Of a stretch of 9,817 nt of DNA, positions 1 through 8,173 are shown one piece after another. The notes under the pieces were generated by a model. It was not told the DNA's origin. It did not search any database and was given only the letters and a program-made list of their open reading frames with translations. The translations under genes were made by a program, and so were the position numbers. Source of the DNA: Azolla caroliniana. Lineage: Eukaryota > Plantae > Polypodiophyta. Numbering within the stretch: the stretch's first letter is position 1; every line of letters begins with the position of its first letter. The DNA lies in contig JBHGNT010001324.1 in NCBI GenBank assembly GCA_043228905.1, positions 1 to 9,817 of the forward strand. The letters run 5' to 3'.

Positions 1-511
1 AAACAAACATCCAGTTTTTTCTTCAGTTGTTTTTAGGCCAGTTTTGAATCTGAATCAATATTTTGGTAATATGAATGAATGATTATAAGAAATAGTGGAA
101 TTCTACCAAAATCCAACACGCACAATTCTCCCTTCTTTCTTTGTCCTAAATTTTAATACAAGAACAAGAAACCCCTCCTCATGAAATGTCTCAATGAAAG
201 GGTGACAAAACTATCCTACTTAATGATGCCCAAAGTTCGTGACTGAATAACCCGAATAGCGTTAACTAGTGCATGGCATCATTCTCAATCAATCACAGTT
301 ACACAAAAAGAAAGAAACGAAGTTGTCCTGATTTGAGAATGTGGCGATGCTTTAAAGTTGGCACATGAGGCAATCCACATACCACAGCTTGGCAAATCAA
401 CAATTGCCCACAAAACGTGATAAGAGATAGTTTTCCTACATCCCCAACTCAGTATGCGCATTGGTGGGTGGGTGGATGTGTGTGTATGCACATTGTTGGG
501 GGGGGGTGTTA

Positions 512-598
512 GAGAAAGAGTCATACGAAGTTGCTAGTGTTCTTGATTCCAAGATTGTTCGCAAAAAGCTATATTATTTGGTGGATTGGCTATAGGCT
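512..598 (+). mobile_element. Chromodomain fragment of a Ty3/gypsy chromovirus integrase
   Basis: Translates EKESYEVASVLDSKIVRKKLYYLVDWL then, after a 2-nt slip, G; matches the chromodomain N-terminal pattern YEV..ILDS......L.YLV.W.GY. Confidence 0.8.
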
Positions 599-1773
599 AG
601 CATATGATAGGCTTCTACCAAGTTGCAAAGGAACCATGCCCGTGCAAACGATGAATAATCCACCTTCACCACCTTTGAGCTAGTCATTGGTTGGGTGGCA
701 TACCATCTTTCGTCCAATAGTTCTAATAACATTTCTTCAAAACCCACCTGGATTCTCTCCATACCTTTTTGCGAAGATAGAAGTTTCATGGGGAACCTTG
801 AGAAATGCAAAGTGGCGGTGTTTAACGCCTCCTTCTTGTGGACCAAAAAGTTTGAAAATCAATTTACCTTTGGAGAAGCATTAGTGGAATATGGTCGACG
901 CCACATCCACTAGGGGCCTACACTCAAAGGGCCACAATTCTCTTGCGAAAGATATTAGAAAATAACATTTGCAAACCTTTTGGTACACATGTAATTTCAA
1001 GAGATATGACCCAAGTTATGGCTTTTTGTCACCATTTTTGTGTGCACACTCACTCGTATATGGGGTCAATTTTTGGGGAATGAGAACTCTAGATATACGT
1101 AGACAACTAATAAAAGAGTAGTACGATGACTAGGAGATTGTTGGAAACCCATTCACCATGTTGATAGCATGTAGGATTTGATCATAACCTTTAAACTCCA
1201 CATTAGGCCACTAGAGTAAAGTTAAGGGCAGGACTCAAGGTAGTTAAAGCTCTATACTAAGCAATGACTTTCATACAAAGATTATGGTGCCTTGCTAACA
1301 ATAAGTACTTGCAAATTGCATTCATATCATCTAAATAATCAACAACTGACAAATATAAGACTTGGCTAGGCTCAGATGGTATGCATGACACCCCCCCAAT
1401 CCAATCATCATATTTGATAAGTAGCATTGATCATCGCCACTTATTCAAAGGAAATAATGGTTCAAGTGGATGACCCAAGTTGCCTAATTGAAGTTGTCAT
1501 GATCACTTCAAGTCACTTAAAAGTTCACAATGCAATAGAATACATACCTTGAGTATAGTAATTGTCAACACAAACTTGTATTTTCCAATGTCACAACATA
1601 CATTTTGTACAATGGGATCAACAAGTGAATGGAAACAATAACTTGGAGCCATTAAGTGTATGTGAATGGATTCTATTTTATGAACTTTAGAAATGTGGAC
1701 CAACTATATTCAAAGATAGGGCACCCCATAGCGATTAAAACAACATAAACTTTAACTTGCCTCCTCCTTATAC

Positions 1774-1813
1774 AAATGGTCCCACAACTTGCTTAAGCCC
1801 AAATAGAGTGCAT
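1774..1813 (+). repeat. 40-bp direct repeat, left copy (candidate target-site duplication)
   Basis: AAATGGTCCCACAACTTGCTTAAGCCCAAATAGAGTGCAT; 37/40 identical to 2564-2603, all three differences C/T. Confidence 0.9.
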
Positions 1814-2563
1814 CAAGTAATCATAGTGAAAGAAGTTATATCAGTACAACATGTTGAATCCGATGGACTCGGTGCTATGGGCTTTGGCATGGCATCAACA
1901 TTACTTGCTGCTATGGGCGTTGGCATGGCAACAACATTACTTAGGGAGAAGTTCATCAGTTGTGGAGTTCATGTTTACAAACCAACTTTGGTAAGATGCA
2001 AGAAATTTGGAGGATTCATAGGAATTTTGGTACAAAAGCTGTAATGAACCTTGGTCGTAGCTGTTGTGATGGTTGCAATGGAAGCTCACGCAGAGAAAAG
2101 AGTAGTTGGAAAGGAAGGTGTAACACACCATTTTATGAAAGTTGGAAATGGAACTCTCATGATCATGTTAGTCGGCTTGTTGAAGTATGAGATGTGTTCC
2201 AGAGGCTTCTTGACTACATATGTGGTTTCATGGAATGCAATGATGACAAGGCATACAAGACATGGATGTTGGTTGATATGAGTTTGATGTGGGGGGAAAA
2301 AATGAAACATGCCTAATAATAGGTAGGGCACCATTGAATGCATTGATCACATGCTATGGAAACAGTGGTAATAGTTTTGTGCCTTGAAGTTTTTGGCAAA
2401 AATGTTGGGTGAGAAGGTGGAAATAATCTTAGACTGTATTATTTGTGGTTTTCATAGGATGTCATGGCTAGAGCCATTGTGATGTTGTTTGCCTAGTCAG
2501 GTCGTCATGTATGCTGAATTTTACTAATGAAGCATATTTTGTTTGGAAAAAATAAAATAAAAT
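1814..2563 (+). pseudogene. Degenerate PLS-PPR fragment inserted with an A-rich tail; candidate processed retrocopy
   Basis: Frameshifted PPR motif relics: KVGNGTLMIM (cf. VGNALIDMY), LVEV*DVFQRL (2176-2208), VVSWNAMMTRHTRHG (2222-2266), LNALITCYGNSG (2334-2369) and ALKFLAKMLGEKVE (2381-2422). Ends in AAAAAATAAAATAAAAT (2547-2563) and is bounded by a 40-bp direct repeat. Confidence 0.75.
1871..1942. repeat. Two-copy 36-bp tandem duplication inside the inserted fragment
   Basis: GGTGCTATGGGCTTTGGCATGGCATCAACATTACTT / GCTGCTATGGGCGTTGGCATGGCAACAACATTACTT, 33/36 identical. Confidence 0.95.
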
Positions 2564-2603
2564 AAATGGCCTCACAACCTGCTTAAGCCCAAATAGAGTG
2601 CAT
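2564..2603 (+). repeat. 40-bp direct repeat, right copy (candidate target-site duplication)
   Basis: AAATGGCCTCACAACCTGCTTAAGCCCAAATAGAGTGCAT; immediately follows the A-rich tract at 2547-2563. Confidence 0.9.
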
Positions 2604-2960
2604 GAGAAGCAAATGAGCTTTAAACACTAAAGGCGTCACTTTGGAGATTTGGAGTCAACACTAGTAGATGCCCAACTGGGGAGAATAATGATAACCCAAT
2701 CCATAAATGCATAAGATTTCGTTACTGAGAAGCATCAAAGGGTCGAGTCGAGACTCTTTCGTACATTAGCGCGCTTGAGATGAGGCGTCTGATTGGGGGT
2801 TTTGGATGGGATAAAACATGACCAATCTTGCCTTCTCTCGTTTTACATTGATTTATTAGTTTCGGGTTCTCAAACAAGCAAAAACAAACTATAAGATACA
2901 GTACATCGTTTTGTCTCGTAGGTGAGATTGGGCTCTTTCTTTAGAGATGGTTATACATAA

Positions 2961-3411
2961 CAATCAGCAACAGTTCGGTTTGAGAGGGTCCAAACTGAAT
3001 CGTTAAATTTTTTTGAAAATTGAACCAAACCACGAAACCATTAAACTGAACCATGAAACAATTTTCAAACCGTTAAACCATTAAATCGTAAAAACCGTGG
3101 TTTCGTGGTTCGGTTTCGGTTTTCAACATAGGTCAAATTTTTAATTTTTACTTTTTAATTGTTTAAAATTTATAAGATTTCATTTTTTAAAATTTATAAG
3201 ATGTTCCTAAAATGTGAGAATAAGGTCTAAAAACGAAAAGATTGTTTAAAAACAATTTTTAGATTTTTTTAAATTTTTTTTAAATTTTTAAAAATAAAAA
3301 ATAAAAAACCGTTTAAACCACGGTTTTTGACTGTTGAAACCGAACCGAACCGTTAAGCCGTTAAACCGCAGTTTCACGGTTCGGTTCGGTTCAAACCGTT
3401 GCTTCTCATTG
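2961..3411. mobile_element. MITE-like non-autonomous DNA transposon (possibly hAT-derived) with AACCG/CGGTT subterminal repeats and an AT-rich core
   Basis: Imperfect terminal inverted repeats: CAATCAGCAACAGTT (2961-) versus AACCGTTGCTTCTCATTG (-3411). Dense (A)AACCG/CGGTT motifs at both ends, many with CG->TG/CA decay, around an AT-rich centre at ~3135-3305. Perfect 16-bp inverted repeat at 3338-3353/3376-3391. No clean TSD found. Confidence 0.7.
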
Positions 3412-3503
3412 TGGATAATAATACTATGATACTATATCCTATCTCCTCTGTTCTAGAGGACATACAAATACCTCTCTATCTAGAGACATTGAAGGAAAAA
3501 GAG

Positions 3504-3524
3504 GTTCTAAGTTCTAAGTTCTAA
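3504..3524. repeat. (GTTCTAA)3 short tandem repeat
   Basis: Three perfect 7-bp copies at 3504, 3511 and 3518. Confidence 0.9.
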
Positions 3525-3546
3525 CCATAGCAATAGCAGTCTTTTG

Positions 3547-3633
3547 GTAATTCAAATCTCTCTCTTTCTTAAAAGGCCTCAATATTTCTTTCTTTCTCTT
3601 AGAAATTGCATTTTTTTGTTCTTGATTTTACAG
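3547..3633 (+). other. Possible 87-nt 5'-UTR intron of the plus-strand PPR gene
   Basis: G|GTAATT donor-like site, pyrimidine/U-rich body and TTTTACAG| acceptor-like end; no transcript evidence. Confidence 0.3.
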
Positions 3634-4258
3634 TAGTCTCTCCTATATGACCCCCACTCTGCTATACTCGCTCGCACATTCCAAACTTTGGGAAGGAAAA
3701 CTGCTCAAATTTGACAACAGAAAAAGAGGTCGTGTACATATAAGATTTTAGTTCTACACAAGACAAGAAGCGATTACAGGCCAAATCTCCTCCACCAAGG
3801 GTTGAGATTGCATTGGGCCAGGTCCGGGATTTTCTTCACATTTAAGCTGGATCCGATGCTGTCGCTAGGCAGATGGGTTTTTGCATTAGGCCTAATGGCA
3901 AATCCTGTGCCGGCCCTCACCTTGGATGAGCCCTGGTTCCGATCTCCATTTCTTGCATCTCCAAATCGCCCTTTTTTTCCTATACACAAAAATGAGAATA
4001 CTAATATTACAAACAGGGCTATGGAACATACATGGGTGTTCTTCACACACAACTAGCCTAAGGACAAAATCAATATAAAGAACCAAGATTTCTGATCCAA
4101 AGCTCAATATTGAACATGGCTTCCTTGGGCAGAAAATGAAAATTTCTATATAAGCATAGACCAATGGAACAAGCAGCTTTCTTATTCTTCCCAATGGTAT
4201 GCCGAATACCACCAATTTCTCTGGCATTCATTCAATGCCTTGACTTATTCTTCTTGGC

Positions 4259-6931
4259 ATGCAAAAGAAACCCATGGAAACTGAATTCCTTGAATTTCAG
4301 CCAATGGTGATGAAGAGGGAAGGGGTAAAGGAAAGCATTGCTTTTGTGGCATTATTGAAGGAATGTGGTAAGAAGAAGGATCTTTGTAAAGGTATTGAGC
4401 TTCATGATGAGGCTGTCAAAAGTGGTTTGTTTTATGAGAATCTTTATGTGGGCAGCAGTTTAATTAGCATGTATGCTAAATGTGGTGATTTTGTGAAAGC
4501 AAAACAAGTTCTTGAAAAGCTTCCAAACCCTAACATAGTATCGTGGAATGCATTAATCTCTGGTTATGCAATGTGTGGAGAAGATGAAGAATTGCTTGAT
4601 TGTTTCAAGAAGATGCAAAGTGAGGGTGTATCTCCACAACCAATCACATTCACTTATGCTTTAAAAGCATGTGGAAGAATAGGAGCAATTGATAAAGGCC
4701 AAGAAATTCACCATGATATTATGAACAATGGCTTGCTGGGAGAAGACCTTGTACTTGGGAATGCTTTGGTGGATATGTATGCCAAATGTGGTGTGTTTAC
4801 AAAAGCAAAAGAACTGCTTGAGGGGCTTCCAATCCGAGATGTGATCTCATGGTCGGGACTTATGGCCGGATACACTATGCATGGGCAGGGAGAAGAAGCT
4901 ATAGAGTGTTTTGAACAAATGCAAATGGATGATCGGCTCTCTCCAGATTCAATCACTTTGACTTGCATCTTAAAGGCATGTGGCATTAGAGGAGTTGTTG
5001 ATAAGGGAAAGCAAATTCACATAGATGTTGTCAAGAAAGGATTGTTGGGAAAGGATATCATTCTTGGTAATGCCCTAGTGGATATGTATGCCAAATGTGG
5101 CGCTCTTGTGGAAGCCCAAGAGGTGCTCAATGAGCTACTTATCCAGGATGTCGTTCCTTGGACCTCGTTAGTATCTGGGTATGTACAATATGAACAAGAT
5201 GAAGAAGCATTGAACTGCCTTGAAACAATGCAACAAGCGGGGATCTCGCCGAATCCAATTACCTTCATTTGCACCTTGAAGGCTTGTGGTAAAATAAGAG
5301 CATTGAACAAGGGAAAACACATTCATAATGAAATTATATGTAAAGGGTTGCTCATAAATGATAATTTATTAGGAAATTCATTGGTTGATATGTATGCAAA
5401 ATGTGGGGCATTTATTGAAGCACATGAAGTGTTTGACAGGATTTCTACAACTCGAAATATAGTGTCTTGGACAGAATTGATATCAGGATATTCCCAGCAT
5501 GATCGGGGTGAGGAGGCAATGGACATTTTCAAGCGAATGCAATGTGAAGGAATGCCACCAAATGCAATCACATTCATTTGCATCTTGAAGGTGTGTGGGG
5601 ATATAGGAGACCTGGACAAGGGCAAGCAAATCCATGCTAACATTGATTGCAAGGAATTTCATGGAAAAGATGGTTTGCTTGGTAATGCTTTACTGGATAT
5701 GTATGCTAAATGTGGTATGATTGCCAATGCACAAGATTTATTTGATGAGCTGCCTATCCGGGATGTAGTGACTTGGTCTACATTGATTGCCGGATATGCT
5801 AGGCAAGGGCAAGTAGAGGAAGCAGTGAAATACTTAGAAATCATGTTGAGTGAGGGTCTTTCTCCAGATTTGGTGACGTTTACTTGTATCCTGAATGCAT
5901 GTGGAAGCACATGTGCTCTGAACAAAGGCATACAAATTCATGATGAGCTTATTAAGAAGGGTATGTTAGGAAATGATAACATTCTAGATAATGCTTTAAT
6001 AGAGATGTATTCCAAATGTGGGGCACTTTTTGAAGCTCGGATTTTGCTTTACCAGATTTCTTCTCGAGATGTAGTCTCTTGGTCTACATTGATTATAGGA
6101 TATGCACAACACGGGCAGGATGAGGAGGTACTGAATTCTTATAAAGAGATGCATCAAGAGGGCCATGTTCCAGATGCATTCACTTTTACTTATATTTTGA
6201 AGGCTTGTAGCAATACGGGAGCTATGGATGTAGGAAAACAGATCCATGGAGAAATCATTGCTCAGAGGTTGCTTCACAACAATATCATGCTTAGCACTGC
6301 GTTGATTGATATGTATGCCAAATGTGGTTCACCAATAAAAGCAAAGAATATTCTTGAGAAGCTTCCTGTTCGTGATGTAGTCTCTTGGTCTGCAGTAATT
6401 TCTGGTTACGCTCAATTAGGCCAGAGCGAGGAAGCACTAAATTGCTTAAAATGGATGCATAAGGAAGGTCATTGTCCAAATGCTATCACCTTCCTTTCCT
6501 TGTTGAATACATGTTGTCACTCAGGTCTAGTGGATAAAGGACAATTGCTGTTTGATAGTATGACCAAACAATATGGCATTACACCAAACTTTGAGCATTA
6601 TACTTGCATGATTGATCTTTTTGGACGTGCAGGTCACTTTGACAAAGCAGTGACAATGATTAATGAGATGCCATCACTTGACTATTCTCCAGTTTGGGGG
6701 TCTCTAATGAATGCATGCCAAAATTGGGGAAATGTAAATCTTGCAAGATTGGCATTTGAACATGCGATTTGTCTTGATAAGAGTACTCCCACAGCTTATA
6801 TTTGTATGACAAATATCTATATAGCTGCTGGCATGCAAGAGGATGCTCAAATCATTGAGGCTATGAGAGCAGAAAATGCTCAATGTGTGAACCCAACAAG
6901 GGTCCCTAAAAGAAAAACAAATGACAGATAA
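4259..6931 (+). CDS. PLS-class pentatricopeptide repeat protein, E subgroup (L-S-[P-L-S]x6-P2-L2-S2-E1-E2, no DYW); putative organellar RNA-editing specificity factor
   Basis: 890-aa intronless ORF with repeated motifs V(V/I)SW..LI.GY (P), TF..ILKACG....KG.QIH (L) and LGNALVDMYAKCG (S). These are followed by L2 (TFLSLLNTCCHSGLVDKG), S2 (EHYTCMIDLFGRAG), E1 (VWGSLMNACQNWGN) and E2 (AYICMTNIYIAAG), then a stop ~15 aa later. True start uncertain: there is an in-frame TGA at 4241-4243 and no obvious transit peptide. Confidence 0.95.
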   Translation: MQKKPMETEFLEFQPMVMKREGVKESIAFVALLKECGKKKDLCKGIELHDEAVKSGLFYENLYVGSSLISMYAKCGDFVKAKQVLEKLPNPNIVSWNALISGYAMCGEDEELLDCFKKMQSEGVSPQPITFTYALKACGRIGAIDKGQEIHHDIMNNGLLGEDLVLGNALVDMYAKCGVFTKAKELLEGLPIRDVISWSGLMAGYTMHGQGEEAIECFEQMQMDDRLSPDSITLTCILKACGIRGVVDKGKQIHIDVVKKGLLGKDIILGNALVDMYAKCGALVEAQEVLNELLIQDVVPWTSLVSGYVQYEQDEEALNCLETMQQAGISPNPITFICTLKACGKIRALNKGKHIHNEIICKGLLINDNLLGNSLVDMYAKCGAFIEAHEVFDRISTTRNIVSWTELISGYSQHDRGEEAMDIFKRMQCEGMPPNAITFICILKVCGDIGDLDKGKQIHANIDCKEFHGKDGLLGNALLDMYAKCGMIANAQDLFDELPIRDVVTWSTLIAGYARQGQVEEAVKYLEIMLSEGLSPDLVTFTCILNACGSTCALNKGIQIHDELIKKGMLGNDNILDNALIEMYSKCGALFEARILLYQISSRDVVSWSTLIIGYAQHGQDEEVLNSYKEMHQEGHVPDAFTFTYILKACSNTGAMDVGKQIHGEIIAQRLLHNNIMLSTALIDMYAKCGSPIKAKNILEKLPVRDVVSWSAVISGYAQLGQSEEALNCLKWMHKEGHCPNAITFLSLLNTCCHSGLVDKGQLLFDSMTKQYGITPNFEHYTCMIDLFGRAGHFDKAVTMINEMPSLDYSPVWGSLMNACQNWGNVNLARLAFEHAICLDKSTPTAYICMTNIYIAAGMQEDAQIIEAMRAENAQCVNPTRVPKRKTNDR

Positions 6932-7429
6932 CGCGCTCATAAATGTCTAAAAGAGGATATGTTTCTTACCTTCCAAATATTTTCCATGGAACAATGTGGA
7001 AATCATCTTATAACCACCATGAATAGCACTTAATAGGATAAAGAAGAGCGAGTGCTTCTTTTTTATAAGATACGATGCAGTACCATGAGAGAATGTACAA
7101 GAAGCCCACAGCTCCACTAGGAAGTGGCTGCCACAATAGGGGGTCACATTAATGCTTTAAGCATGTGTTTACAGAGCTTGCAAAGCAACAGGTGTCCACA
7201 TAAGAATCAGAATGTGTCGATAAACAGATCGAAGTCCAATAAACCAGAATAGCTCAAATTACTTGTAGAACCTCTATAATCAGTAAATATCACATCCCTT
7301 CTTTAAGTGAGGTACAAAAATTGGGATCAAGAAGTATGCCATGTTAAAAGAAAACCTTCAAGAGAAGTTCTTGTTCCATGGAAAGTAAGTTTATCTACAA
7401 AAAGGGACCTAATTCTTGAGATAAAATAG

Positions 7430-8173
7430 TCACAAATAATCCCCACAAGCACATTTTCCATCCTTGAAAACATGGGAGGAAATTCACATCTATAGCTAAA
7501 ATCTTATGCAATATGACAGATAACACATGTTTTTCACATGTATTCTTGACCCTTGAGATGTATTCATAATGTACACAAAGAGCATTCTTTGTTCTGTGAT
7601 TATTCACAATGTTCGTATGCACATTTTCTATCCTTGAAAACATGGGAGTAAATTCGCATCTCTTAACAAAAATCTTACATTTTTCTATTTTCAATATGAC
7701 CGATGCTGCAATATGGCAGTCACCACAGATGCACATTTTTTTCACATGTATTCTTGGTCCCTGAGATGTATTCACCATGTAGACAAAGAGCATTCTTTGT
7801 TCTGTGATTATTCAAAATGTTCTTAAGCACATTTTCCATAAAAACATGGGAGGAAATTCACATCTCTAACTAAAATCTTACCGTTTTCTATTTTCAATAT
7901 GACTGATGCTGCAATATGGCAATCACCACAGATACACATTTTCTTCACATGTATTCTTGATCCTTGAGATCCATTCACCATGTACACAAAGAGCATTCCT
8001 TGTTCTGTGATTATTCAAAATGTTCTTAAACATCTATTGTGACATCAAGAACTATTCTGACGAACACATTTTATGGAAAAGGTTTTGCAGTTTTGCATAA
8101 ATATCTTTACTTTGTGGATGCTTTGCATTCGAAGAACAAAACGAATTACTTTTAACTAGCATCAACCTGCATA
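7430..8173 (-). pseudogene. Decayed E+/DYW cytidine-deaminase-like domain directly downstream of the minus-strand PPR stop codon
   Basis: Minus-strand translation across frameshifts and stops gives, in canonical order: VDAS..SF......KHPQSKDIYAKLQNLFHKM, NALCVHGE (HxE), N.SQG.RIHVKKMCICGDCH (CxxCH), KIE..KILVRDVN, HVFKDGKCACGDYL*. The terminal GAT TAT TTG TGA at 7441-7430 is one base from DYW*. Confidence 0.9.
7449..8029. repeat. Three-copy tandem repeat of the DYW catalytic-core sequence (units ~7449-7618, 7619-7826, 7827-8029)
   Basis: Anchor GCACATTTTC at 7449, 7619 and 7827; anchor GAGCATTC at 7580, 7788 and 7991. Units are 170, 208 and 203 bp; the 170-bp unit has internal deletions removing the GDC codons and the following segment. 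Confidence 0.95.

Larger units (their letters stand above)
780..2690 (-). mobile_element. Highly degenerate non-LTR retrotransposon (LINE) ORF2 reverse-transcriptase relic, interrupted by the 1814-2563 insertion
   Basis: Minus-strand fragments appear in the order expected for plant L1-type RT: HISKV..I...L.AP..CF (cf. KIISKVL..RL...I.P.Q.GF, ~1700-1630), MIN...GGVMH (cf. .ING....RGVRQG, ~1435-1380), LYLSVVDYL (~1350-1330), TIIFV (cf. FADDT.IF, ~1290), LKVMIKS (cf. GLKVN..KS, ~1195-1175), YLEFSF (cf. YLG.P, ~1095), SFA/RIVA (cf. LS.AGR, ~950), SNFL and QEGG/LN (cf. NFLW...K.EGGL, ~855-820). Each match is weak alone; the support is colinearity. Boundaries approximate. Confidence 0.5.

Noticed and set aside
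320-450. DALKLAHEAIHIPQLGKSTIAHKT, faintly like a gypsy integrase zinc-binding region
   Set aside because: The second His and the Cys pair are absent; too weak to call without a profile search.
498-520. G9 run followed by TGTTAG, resembling a polypurine tract plus LTR start
   Set aside because: A chromodomain should lie upstream of the PPT, not downstream. No second LTR or CA end was found, and the G-run sits in a low-complexity GT-rich tract (~463-510).
1757-2343. Short overlapping ORFs (64-95 aa) as real genes
   Set aside because: They are frame fragments of the degenerate PPR insert and its 36-bp duplication.
3450-3524. TTCTAGAG and (GTTCTAA)3 as heat-shock elements
   Set aside because: They lack the alternating nGAAn/nTTCn arrangement of at least three units.
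3774-4227. Minus-strand ORFs 3774..4052 and 3892..4227 as a divergent gene
   Set aside because: No recognisable domain; they overlap the probable 5' leader of the PPR gene.
4241-4243. In-frame stops (here and at 8174-8176) possibly removed by U-to-C RNA editing
   Set aside because: Such editing is established for organellar, not nuclear, transcripts. Further stops and frameshifts nearby mean read-through would not restore a longer protein.
4708-6940. Several minus-strand ORFs (62-109 aa) inside the plus-strand PPR gene
   Set aside because: Antisense shadows of the repetitive PPR coding frame; they recur with the PLS period and show no independent protein features.
7449-8029. Tandem array as a CRISPR-like or guide-RNA array
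   Set aside because: Units are homologous along their whole length with no unique spacers, and are fully explained as DYW-coding sequence.
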